Source of the DNA: Octopus sinensis
Lineage: Eukaryota
DNA: 64,000 bases
Assembly: GCF_006345805.1 (NCBI RefSeq)
Contig: NC_043011.1
Span: 32,252,464 to 32,316,463 of the forward strand
Reading direction: 5' to 3'
This document shows, in pieces, positions 26,170 to 38,330 of the stretch (within the stretch, counting starts at the first letter, position 1; the number at the start of each line of letters is the position of its first letter). Below the pieces are notes generated by a model. That model saw nothing but the letters and a program-made list of their open reading frames with translations. It had not been told where the DNA came from and searched no databases. Made by a program: the position numbers and the translations under genes.

Positions 26170-26660
26170 ATATATAAATATATATACGTGAGTACAGGAC
26201 ACCACAACTAGATGTAGAACTCAACGAGAAACAAAAACAGAAAAACTATTTTTTACAACAGAAAAACAGAGAACAGGACATACTACACAAGGAAAAATCC
26301 CCTATCATCAGCTGTCACTAGTTCGACTCCAGCGTGTTTCGAAGGCAAGACAGGACATGACTCGTCAAACTAGTCCTTCCTGCGAGAGATATAAATTAAA
26401 ATTCCCTCGCAGAGGGGTAAACACAAGCAAGAAAAAAATGTAACACAAACAGGACGTAAAATGATACAAATAAAACTACAAAATAAAGTACAAGATAAAA
26501 ATACATGTACAAGAAAATATAATACGAGAAATAAAAATAAACAAGAAAACAAACGAAAAAGCCTTTTTTCTGGCTTAGACGAGGAGATTCAAGCAGCGCA
26601 TGGGAACACAGATGTGTGTCTTTACAGTTTGAAAGCCGCGTGTATAAGGAAGTAGTTTTG
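26170..26660 (-). mobile_element. Penelope-like terminal fragment with degenerate hammerhead-like motif
   Basis: T-rich terminal sequence on the minus strand with TGACGA...GAAAC...GTC flanked by ACTAGTT/GAACTAGT. Confidence 0.4.
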
Positions 26661-26837
26661 GCTAGCAGTGACAAAGATGAGGAGGAGTGAGAGAGAGAGA
26701 GATAGAGGAAGACAAGCGGCTGAGAGAGAGATGAGAAAGAGTGAGAGAGATGAGAAAGAGTGAGAGAGAGAGAGGCGAAGGTAAAGCAAAGAGAAGAGAA
26801 TATATATATATATATATACATGTATTTGTGTGCTTAC

Positions 26838-26873
<36 letters not shown>

Positions 26874-27477
26874 ATACACACATACAAGTTGTCTAAGAGT
26901 TCATAAGTCAGGAAAATGTGTGCTCATATATCTGTCAATCTTTATATGTATATATATATATATATCATGATGATGGTGATGAATCTTTGAAAGATGGAGA
27001 GATCTTGAAAATTATATTGTTCCCCTTAGATTCACCTCTTTTCCAGAGTTGCCCATCAGACATGGCTAATTGCCTTTGCTATCAGCTTGTTTTCTTACCA
27101 GCTGTTCTGCATCATTAGCAGTTGTCTAAAGCATCTGCAGATGTTTTTTAATTATTTTTCATCCAGCTCTCATTATCTGTGTTTATTAGTCTATAATTTC
27201 TGTTGTTTTGGCCAAAGATGCTTAAGCAGATTGTATGGCAAATTACAATGATGCATTTAATTTGATTGCCATACAGCCATACACTTATTTCTAAGTCCAG
27301 AAAGAGTGAGCTGACATATGTATATGTATGCATGTGTATGTATATATGTATATGTATGTGGGTGTATGTATGTACATTATATGTATGTGTATCTACATCT
27401 ATGTATTTATGTATTTACACACACGCACACATGTATATATATATATATGTATGTATATATGTATATATATGTATGTA

Positions 27478-28165
27478 TCATCGTCATCATTTAATATCTG
27501 TTGTTCATGCTGGCATGAGTTGGATGGTTTAACCGGAGCTGGTAAGCTGGGAGGCTGCACCAGACTCCAGTCTGATTGGACATAGTTTCTATGGCTGGAT
27601 GCCCTTCCTAACACCAACCACTCTGAGAGTGTAATGGGTGCTTTTATGTGCCACCAGCACAAGTGCCATTTGCGTGACACCGGTATCTGCCATGACTGTG
27701 ATTTTGCTTGGCTTGATGGGTCTTCTTCCCAAGCACGACATAATGTGAAGGTCTTGGTCATTGCCTCCATGAGGTCCAATGCTTGAAAGGTATTTCCTAT
27801 ATGTCAGTTACATGACACCAGCATCGACCATGACTCTGATTTCACTTGGTTTGATGGGTCTTCCCAAGCTCAGCATATCGCCAAAGGTTTTGATCACTAA
27901 TCATTGCTTCTGTAAGACCCAAAGTTCAAAGATCATGCTTCACCACCTCATCCCACATCTTCCTAGGTCTACCTCAACCACAGGTTCCCTCCACAGTTAG
28001 AGATCAGCACTTCTTTACACAGCTGTCCTCATCCATACACATCACATGACCATAGCAGCACAGTCGTCTCTTTCACACCAGTCTAGTGCCTCTTATGCCT
28101 GACTTTTCTCTCAAGATGCTTACACTCTGTTGAACCTGCTCACTGACATTGCACATCCAGCGAAA
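27478..28165 (-). mobile_element. 5'-truncated RTE LINE
   Basis: Reverse complement encodes decayed LRWMCNVS/RWYGHV/GRPRKTWDEVVKHDL followed by the 3'UTR and (GAT)n tail. Confidence 0.85.
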
Positions 28166-28463
28166 GTTGGGCCTCCAACCAGGCCTTTCAGAATATCCAT
28201 AAAGCCAGGAACTTTCCAACACACTCTCATGTATATATATACATATATATATACACACACACACGAAGGGGTGCTGAAAAGTTCCTGGCTTTGCATAAGA
28301 GAAAATACAGGAGGATCATTCAATTATGATTTATTTAACATATTCCCCTCCAAGATTGACAAACTTATTGCAGCAGTCCTTCAGTTTTTCTAAACTCTGT
28401 AAAAGAACTCAAAAGTTCGGCCTCTCAATATCTTTAAAGCCAGAAACTTTATAGCATTGCTTC

Positions 28464-28499
<36 letters not shown>

Positions 28500-28500
<1 letters not shown>

Positions 28501-29345
28501 AGGGTGAGTCAAAAAGTAATGCCATTTTGTTTAGGACAGGTTTAATTACCAACACATTGAACAGGTACTTGATATCAAGTACCTGCAGAAAAAGGGTTTA
28601 GCCCCCAAAGACTTTCATGCTGGCATGCTTGCTACATTATGAGATGACGTGCCTGCTTTATCAACAGTGCAAAAATGGGCATCTTAAGTTAGGAGGGGAA
28701 GAGAGAGTCTTGAAAATGACCTGAGGTCTGGACATCCTGCAACTACCAACATCGACGCAAACACTGATCGTGTTCACTGTATAATGAAGGATAACAAGCA
28801 GCTGACTATAAATCAAATAGACAATGTTGTTAGCATATCCCATGAGGGAGTTGAGAATATTTTGCACAACGAACTTGGCATGACGAAGGTTCCTGCGTGA
28901 TGGGTATCACGGCTTCTGAGACCTGATCAAAAGATCACCAGGCTGATCACATCATGAGAAAATCTAACATTGTTTGAGGCAGATCCAGTTGGTTTCCTTG
29001 AACAGTTCCTAAGCAAGGATGAGTGTTGGGTTCCATCACTTTGAGCCAGAGCCAAAGAGACAATCCATGCAGTGGAAATACCCCTCCTCACCAACTCCAA
29101 AGAGGGCCAAGGTTGTTTGATCTGCAGGGTGTGCGATGGTCTCAGTTTTTTGTGGGGTGCAAAAGGCATTGTGTTTATCGACTATCGGCAAAAGGGCCAC
29201 ACCACCAATGGAGAGTATTATGCTAACTTGCTGAGGCTTCCAACTGCTTGATCTTCCTCCCTGTTCTCCTGATTTGACCCTATTTGACTATCCTCTGTTC
29301 CTCAACATAAAAAATGCCCATTGCAGTGATGTTGACATCATAGCA
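28500..29345 (+). mobile_element. Mariner transposase remnant
   Basis: TIR GAGGGTGAGTCAAAAAGTAATGCC; decayed DDxRSGHP, WVxRLL, DECW-HHFEPE and PPCSPDLTLFDY motifs. The matching 3' end ([10 protein letters not shown] + TIR) lies at 24600-24740. Confidence 0.8.
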
Positions 29346-29414
29346 CAAATAAATAAATGTATAAAGTTCATTATTTATGCCTTTTCCTATATATATATAT
29401 ATATATGTGTGTGC

Positions 29415-29445
<31 letters not shown>

Positions 29446-29500
29446 CATATATTCATATATACATATATACACACATACATACATAAGTATATTTGTATAC

Positions 29501-29543
<43 letters not shown>

Positions 29544-30245
29544 CATATACATACATACATATAATATATACATACATTATATATACATCATATAAATATA
29601 TATATATACATACATATATATACATATATATATACTACATATATATATATATTCATACATACTATATCTCATATATATATATACATACTATATATATACA
29701 TACACAATATATATTACATACCATATATATATATATATACATACACTATATATATATACATACACATATATACAAATACATATATATATACATACATATA
29801 TATACACATATATATATACATATACACATATATATATATACATACACATATAATATATACATATATATATAACATACATATATATATACACATATATATA
29901 TATACATACACATATATATATATATACATACACATATATATATATACATAATATTATATATATACACATCAATATATATATACATATATATATATAGATA
30001 TATATCATAATACATACTACATTATATATATATAAATACATATATATATACACATACATATATATATACAATATATATATACATATATATATACATATAT
30101 ATATATACATATATATATACATATCTATATATACATATATAATACCAATATATATACATACATATATACACATACAATATATATACATATATATATACAT
30201 ATATATATTACATATTATATATATATATATATACTATATATACAT

Positions 30246-30297
<52 letters not shown>

Positions 30298-30336
30298 TAT
30301 ATATAATATATAATATATACATATATATATACATAT

Positions 30337-30368
<32 letters not shown>

Positions 30369-30482
30369 CTATATATATATATATATAATATATATACATA
30401 TATATTATATATATACACATATATATATATACATACATTATATATACATACATAATAAATATATACATACATATATAAATAT

Positions 30483-30550
<68 letters not shown>

Positions 30551-30554
30551 TTCC

Positions 30555-30985
30555 TACTCTAGGTACAAGGTCCAAAATTTGGGGGGAGGGGCAGTCAATC
30601 AGATCAACTCCAGTACACAACTGGTACTTAATTTATTGACCCTGAAAGAATGAAAGGCAAAGTTCACCTCGGCGGAATTTGAACTCAGAATGTAAAGACA
30701 AACGAAATACCACTAAGCATTACACCTAGCTTGCTAACGTTTTTGCCAGCTCGCCGCCTTCATTAAATAAATATTCTTTTCTACTCTAGGCACAAGGCCC
30801 AAAATTTTGGGGGAGGGGGCCAGTTGATCAGATCGACCCCAGAATGCAGCTGGAACTTAATTTATCAACCCTAAAAGGATGAAAGGCAAAGTCGACCTTG
30901 GTGGAATTTGAACTCAGAACGTAAAGACAGACGTAATACTGCAAATCATTGCTCCCAGCATGCTAACGTTTCTACCAGCTTGCTA
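30555..30985 (-). mobile_element. Two head-to-tail SINE family B copies
   Basis: 30555-30765 and 30778-30985 each match family B; they are diverged from each other. Confidence 0.8.
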
Positions 30986-31071
30986 TATATATATATATAT
31001 ATATATATGTTATAAAATAGAACATATGCATATATATAAACATATATGTACGTACCTACCTCTACATGTAC

Positions 31072-31141
<70 letters not shown>

Positions 31142-31628
31142 CATCATCATTAATGTCCCTCTTCCATGCATGGGTAGGACAGTTGACAGGAGCCAGCCAT
31201 GTAGGAGACCACCTCAGGCTACTGTGTCTGTTTTGGCAGAGTTTTTATGGCTGGATACCCTTCCTAACACCAACCACTCCATAAAATGGACTGAGTGCTT
31301 TTTACATGGCATGATTTTTACAGCTGGATGCCCTTCCAAATGCCAACCACTTTACAGTGTGGAGTGGATGCTTGTTATGAGACACCAGCACCAGCAGGAT
31401 CACCAAGTAACTTGCAAGACAAGGAATTTTGAGGTGGGGTGGAGGGACTGGAGGAGGGGATCTTGCGTCAGATGATGAAAAGTTAGAATGTGCTACTATT
31501 AGTTTCATGTGCTGAGAGCATGCCAAACAGTGTTTTTAAACATGTCTGGTGTCCTAGCAGTCTGTTTATACATACACACACACATATATATATGCATATA
31601 TATATATATACATTATATATATATATAT

Positions 31629-32120
31629 AATGATAAATCTCAGAGCGAGTTATAAACAGTAGCAGCAACACATCGTGACGTATATTTGCCATTTGAATAT
31701 GGCTAACCCCTAAGGGTGAATGCTACTGTAGTTTGTAGCCCCAGGAGGCACAGAAAGTGTGTCTATAGCCAGCTGGAGGAGGTGTCCTCCTGGGGCTGCA
31801 GACTACAGTAGCATTCACCCTTAGGGGTTAGCCATATTCAAATGGCAAATATACGTCACGATGTGTTGCTGCTACTGTTTATAACTCGCTCTGAGATTTA
31901 TCATTGTTTGATTTCACTTTTTCAATATCAGTGTCAATCAATACTGGAAAAAGTATATGTATTTGTGAAGGGAACCAACTTCTCATCGACAACTATGATT
32001 GTCACACGCCGATGACGGGTCAATACCCTGAAACTCGAGTCCGTGTGTATCATAAGTTGAAGACGGGAAGGATGGCTTCCCTTTGCAAATACTGATAGGG
32101 CACAGAAAGTGCGTCTATAG
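31629..32120 (+). mobile_element. Penelope-like/retrozyme-type monomer with inverted partial copy
   Basis: 22-nt terminal direct repeat (31747-31768, 32099-32120), hammerhead at 32003-32047, 120-bp inverted arms 31629-31748 and 31786-31905. Confidence 0.65.
32003..32047 (+). ncRNA. Type I hammerhead ribozyme motif, U4-to-C variant
   Basis: CACACG CCGATGA CGGG-tcaata-CCCT GAAA C TCGA GTC CGTGTG: perfect 6-bp stem I, palindromic stem III ACTCGAGT, GUC triplet. Core reads CCGATGA instead of CTGATGA. Confidence 0.65.
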
Positions 32121-32954
32121 TGTGTAAATATGTGTGTGTATGTGTATATATATATATTGGCATTAGGAAGGGCATCCAGTTATAGAAACCCTTCCCAAAG
32201 CAGACACTGGAACCTGACATGCTCCCTGGACTTGTCGGATTCTGTTGAACTGTCCTACTTGAGTCAAGCATAGAAGGCAGATGTTAAGGGATGATGATGA
32301 TGATTACGTAAAAGGCACTGGTGTGGGTGCTGATACCATGTGGAATGGTTGGCGTTAGCAAGGGCATCCAGCCATACAAACTATGCCAAAACTGACTATG
32401 GAACCTAATGCAACCCCTGCCAGCATGGAAAAAAAAGGAAGTTAGATGGTGATGATGATGATGATGATGACTGAGGCAAAGATGCGGCTGTGTGTTTAAG
32501 AAGCTTGCTTCTCAACCACGTGATCTTGGGTTCAGTCTCACTGCATGACAGCATGGGTAAGTGTCTTCTATAATAGTCTGAGGCCAACCAAAAATCTGAA
32601 GGAATTTTATAGACAGAAACTGAAAGAAGCCTGTCATACATGTGAGTCCAAGTAATGGTTGTAAATGAGCATCATCGTTATACAGGAAGTATTGTTCATT
32701 TCCAGTTTCCAAAACAAAAAAAATACATATCTATTAAACTTATAATCTTACTAGGTGAGGATTGGCTACAAGAAGGGCATCTGGCAGTAGAAATCTGCCT
32801 CAATGAATTCCATCTAACCCATGAAAGCTTGGAAAAGGACGTTATATAATAACGATGATAGTTACTGATAAGGCCATATGGAGGATGACGTTGATACACA
32901 TAAATACATTCATGTATACACACACATACATAAATGCGAATGTGTGTATACTCT

Positions 32955-33325
32955 TTTACAGTTTTACTCTTTTACTTGTTTCGGTCAGTTGACTGTGGCC
33001 ATGCTGGAGCCCTTAAGTCGAGCAAGTCGACCCCAGGACTTTGTAAGCCCAGTACTTATTCTATCGGTCTCTTTTGCCGAACCACTAAGTCACGGGACGT
33101 TTGTCAAGCGATGTTGGGTGGACAAACACAGACACACAAACATATACACAAACGTACATATATATATATATACATGTATACGACGGGATTCTTTCAGTTT
33201 CCGTCTACCAAATCCACTCACAAGGCTTTGGTCGATCCGAAGCTATAGTAGGTGCCATGCAGTGAGACTGAACCCGGAACCATGTGGTTGGTAAGCAAGC
33301 TACCTACCACACAGCCACTCCTACG
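32955..33325 (-). mobile_element. SINE family A
   Basis: Tail-to-head match to the family A consensus. Confidence 0.8.
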
Positions 33326-33424
33326 CCTTGTGTGTGTATATATATTTACATATATGTAAATATATATATATATTTACATATATGTACACACATATATATA
33401 TATATATATATAAATATGTGTGTG

Positions 33425-33484
<60 letters not shown>

Positions 33485-33724
33485 ATTGTATGTGCATACG
33501 CATACAAACACCTTTTGTGTGCGTCACTGTGTGTGTGTGTGTGCGCGCGCACGCATACAAACACATTTTTGTGTGCTTCGATGTGAGTGTGTGCGCGCGC
33601 ACATTTATTCTTAAATATCTATATTAGCTGGCATGAAACTAGGTCCTTGACCCTTTACAGTAGTAAACTCAGGTAATAAAAGATTATATTTGTATATGTA
33701 TAGGCGTCCGTGCGCAGGTACTCC

Positions 33725-33771
<47 letters not shown>

Positions 33772-33810
33772 CACCTGCCTTCGTCTTTGTTATTTTCATA
33801 AAGCTTCCCG

Positions 33811-33870
<60 letters not shown>

Positions 33871-34854
33871 ATATATATATATTTACACACACACATTCTT
33901 GAATATTGACTTGTAAAACACCGGAGTAACTAACTATTGGTTTTACGATCGAAACTGGGCAAAAAAACAGCTGTAGCAGGAAGAAAGCCAAACCGTTTAA
34001 ATGTCACTTTGAAGGTGTTTTGTTGGTTGCAGAATTTCCTGTCTTAAATCGCGGTGCGCTTGGATTAATATGTTTTGTCCTCAAATTTGTATTATTGCAA
34101 ATATATATGTACTTAGTAGAAATGCATGTAAGATATGTGTGCATAAAACGTCTCCACCCCAATTATACAACAACTCTGGTTAAGCGCACAAACAACTCTT
34201 ACTTACACACACATACACACACCAAACAAAATCACAAGGACTTGAATTACATACACTTACGAGCAAAATATCCACTCAGCAACCTCTTCTCATACTCACA
34301 TATTTACAGATTTATATACTTTAACATAAACTTTAATACAGGATTATAAGTACATCGGCAAAAGAGGAGTGACTCCAGGACCGAGAGTAAATATTTAGAG
34401 ATCACACGCAAATATTTGGACAGGCTTTATTTCTTTAACGAAGACGGATTCGAAATGAGACAATTTAAATAAAACGCTGTTGCCAACGATATATATATAA
34501 CCCTTTAAGTCTAGGAATTAACTGATATTTATTGTCATGTTTGAAGCATTATGGTATGTCAGAGAGCTGGGCAGTGAAAGTGAAAATAACGTTTTATGTA
34601 TTCTTTAGTTTGGTGCCCACTCAATATGTAAATGTTTGTTTTAAATAAACGAACCCCCTTTCATTTTCATTTGTAAATATCAGGTGTGGAGTAGATTAAT
34701 TTTTCTTTACATTTTGTTGTTCTTTCAAGATTTGTCAAGACTTTTACAGGAACTGGACAGTAATCGTCGTTTTCTTCATCTTGACAATAACAACTAATAC
34801 CCGACAAGGAATTATAGCTGGATGTACATACATACATACATACATGTGTGTGTG

Positions 34855-34875
34855 TAGATAGACAGACAGACAGAC

Positions 34876-34906
<31 letters not shown>

Positions 34907-34957
34907 CAGATAGATAGATAGACAGATAGATAGACAGATAGATATAGATAGATAGTC

Positions 34958-35004
<47 letters not shown>

Positions 35005-35085
35005 CAGATAGATAGATAAATAGATAGATAGATAGACAGATAGATAGATAGACAGATAGATAGATAGATAGATAGATAGACAGAC

Positions 35086-35124
<39 letters not shown>

Positions 35125-35165
35125 TAGATAGATAGATAGATAGACAGACAGATAAATAGATAGAC

Positions 35166-35214
<49 letters not shown>

Positions 35215-35239
35215 TAGATAGATAGATAAATAGATAGAC

Positions 35240-35300
<61 letters not shown>
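34855..35300. repeat. (GATA/GACA)n tetranucleotide array
   Basis: Direct reading; lies ~240 bp into intron 1. Confidence 0.95.
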
Positions 35301-35301
<1 letters not shown>

Positions 35302-35534
35302 GACATAAAAAAATAATGTATGCCAGGGAAATGTGTGAAGGCTTTGGGTTCCCTTTAGAAATCGAGATGAAAGAGTGAAAGAGAAAAAGAGAACGGGGAA
35401 AGAGACATACGTTTCAAGGCTGTTATGGAATAAGTTAAGAATTAAATGCGAAGGAAACATGTTGGTGGACAATCTCGATATGTGTAGGTGTGCAGATTAA
35501 TATGAATGAAGCGGATAATGAAAGATGTACTTAC

Positions 35535-35573
35535 ATTGTTCACCCAAAAGCTATCTACAAAACTATAAGCCAT
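35535..35573 (-). CDS. PSTPIP: F-BAR (FCH) protein, PSTPIP/Cdc15-like, coding exon 1 (MAYSFVDSFWVNN)
   Basis: Minus strand reads gagcaccATGG (A at -3, G at +4) with an in-frame TAA 33 nt upstream, then ATG GCT TAT AGT TTT GTA GAT AGC TTT TGG GTG AAC AAT | gtaagt. The F-x-D-x-F-W start matches PSTPIP1 (FKDAFW) and Hof1/Cdc15-type N-termini. Phase 0 joins exon 2 in frame. Confidence 0.85.
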
Positions 35574-36330
35574 GGTGCTCTGGTGGTGGGGGTTGAAAAC
35601 GGTTTAATTAGTGCAACGGTCAAATAGAGGAGGAGGGGGTGACGTGCTTGACCACTGTTGGAGAGAAGACTTGTTTTAAAGATCGGCGGTGGTGAGTTTA
35701 TCTTCTTGTGTTGTTGTACCTGACTAATATCTGTCACAGCTACCGGCTACACATCTCTGGTGGGGACGGTGGAAACAGCAGCAGAGCAGCAGCAGCTACA
35801 GTAGCAGTAGCAGCAGCAAGCTAGTTGCAGTTGGAGCAGCAGTAGTGATGGTAATGGTGATGGTGGTGGTGAGGGCGATTTGCAGCGGTGACAGTCGAAG
35901 TAGTAGTAGTAGTGTTTTTGATGTTAGTGGTAGTCTTTATTAGTGTTAACTCGCTGTGACTGTACTGTCAGTGCTAGTGGATTTAGTGTTGCGGAGGTGG
36001 CGGTGGCGATACCAGTGCGGCGAAAGTGGTGGTAATATCAGTGTAGTGAAAGTGGTGTGGTGGTGGTGGAGTCGGGAGGACGGTGGTGGGATATTGGTGG
36101 TCGCAACACTCTTGTGACTGAAATCGTGATTATGGCTTTTAAATCGCGAACGAAACACCGATCGCGGCGGAGAATTATCCGTCGTTTTATTATCAACAAC
36201 AGCCAGCCGTGTGAGAGAAAGATGTTGAAAAACAAACGTCATGTAAACATTTTAAAATGAGTGAGAAGGTTCATATTCTCGACAAACTACGGAAATGGTC
36301 GATCAATTCCGTAACTAAATAAATTTCTGA
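35574..36330 (-). promoter_or_regulatory. GC/CpG-rich 5'UTR and promoter region of the F-BAR gene
   Basis: Directly upstream of the ATG. Visibly GC- and CpG-rich relative to the intron, with CAG/GTG/TAG triplet runs. TSS position unknown. Confidence 0.5.
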
Positions 36331-36734
36331 GAATAAAAAAGATATTTTTCTCTCAGTTCTGCCACTACTACCGAGTCACGTTTGTTAATTATGTCACTCG
36401 ATTGTGTGGGTGTTGATTTAAAATGGAAAGTTAAGAAAAAACCAAGAAGCCTTATGACAATGTCACTCACTGTATACACATAAACATGTAACAGAGACAA
36501 GCACATGAAGTAATACCATTTCGTTTCATGTTTCGCGGGTAGTATCTTCGGTAAAGGCTTAAGCGTATATTTCATGTCCACCTTCCGTAAAGCAGGGGTT
36601 TCTTAACCCTCTGTGGGCATGGGAATCAAATTCTGATAGTATGGGACTTGATCTTTCTGTAAATTTATGTGAAAATCTCGGTTTTTTTTTTTTTCCTCTA
36701 CTACTTTTGGTCGCCCGCATGTAAATTAAAATCA

Positions 36735-37125
36735 TACTCTTTTACTTGTTTCAGTCATTTGACTGCGGCCATGCTGAAGCACCGCCTTTAGTCGAGCAAA
36801 TCGACCCCGGGACTTATTCTTTGTAAGCCCAGTACTTATCCTATCGGTCTCTTTTGCCGAACTGCTAAGTGACGGGGACGTAAACACACCAGCATCGGTT
36901 GTCAAGCAATGCTAGGGGGACAAACACACACACATACATATATATATATATACATATTTACGACAGGCTTCTTTCAGTTTCCGTCTACCAAATCCACTCA
37001 CAAGGCATTGGTCGGCCCGGGGCCATAGCAGAAGACACTTGCCCAAGATGCCACGCAGTGGGACTGAACCCGGAACCATGTGGTTGGTTAGCAAGCTACT
37101 TACCACACAGCCACTCCTGCGCCTA
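36735..37125 (-). mobile_element. SINE family A, full length, CpG-intact
   Basis: Same consensus as 18179-18645. Confidence 0.85.
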
Positions 37126-38069
37126 TACTGTTGACGTTTCTGTTTTTAACTGATACAGGCACCCTAATAGAATCGCTCGTGGTGTTGATTTTGAATGGTT
37201 TGGCGTACTGGGAGTGAGAACATACTAGGCTAAAAGGGGTGAGAAATAAAGGGGTCTTTGTACATACAGTTGTAAAGGATCAAATATATCAGAGCCATAA
37301 AAGAATAATGTGATAAGAGATGTGGGTAATCCCCGATCTTTTAACCAATTGCCCAATATTCAGCGAAGTTTGGAATAACACATCAACACTGTGAAGAATT
37401 GGTGAGTTGGAGACAGAAAGAGAGAGAGAGAGAGGAGGGGGAAGAAACATTTTTGTGCTTTCTTGAATTGAACATTTCCAATCAATGATATGGCATTCGT
37501 ATCAAACTTAAAGGGAACAGTAGACAATCAAAGAGGGAGTTTTTACTTGAAATATGAATAGCAGTTTAATCTCTTTGAAATCACCTGAAAAGCAAAGGAC
37601 ACCTTTGGTTCAGAAGGTTCATATTTTGACAAAGTACGGAAATAGTTGAACAATTCCGTAACTATCATAAATAAATTACTGTGAAAAATAGATTCTATAT
37701 ACCTGTAAAAAAAAATGACATGGTTACTGCTAGAAGACTTTTGACCTCAGGTATATTCGATGAATGTAGTCTAAAGTTGAGAAAAAAGTTGTTTAGCCCC
37801 AGGTCAGCGTTTATTAAGCAGAACTAAGATCAAAGATATTCCAGCTGCGTACCTCTCGCATTTTTAGCTTATTAAGAACTACAATATCCAGTGTATTTTT
37901 TATTTATTTTAAGGCGGCTGGCTGTGACATGAGCGAAATTTGGCTGCTATTTTAATCAGATTGAGTGACCATGGAGAAGCACTTTCAATGGTGTGTGTAT
38001 ATTTGCCGTTGCTGTTGTTGTTGTTCACCCCGGGTCAACTTTGATATGGGACGCCCGAAGTAAGGAATT

Positions 38070-38330
38070 TCGAACGGTGACCGGTAATAAAGTAACAGGG
38101 GAAAAAGTCACAGTAATAAAGTCACAATTTTGGCTAGGAAAAAATGTCACAGAAAAATAAGTCACAATTAATTTATGGGATCTGAACAAAAACCCCGCGG
38201 ACAAAATCCCCCGTACAAAACCCCTGTAACTTTTTTTTTTTACCTGGATTCTTTCGAACATGACTGTACTTTGTTCAATCATAATCATAGTCCCTGATCC
38301 TACTATGGATCAGGGATAATGAGAAAAGAT
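38070..38330. mobile_element. MULE-like terminal region with subterminal AAAAAGTCACA/AAAACCCC repeats
   Basis: Repeated short motifs typical of Mutator-like TIRs; no transposase confidently read. Confidence 0.35.

Noticed and set aside
35946-36260. ORFs of 98 aa (minus) and 67 aa (plus) in the GC-rich 5' region
   Set aside because: Low-complexity, no homology, and expected by chance in GC-rich triplet-repeat DNA; at most uORFs if the TSS lies upstream.
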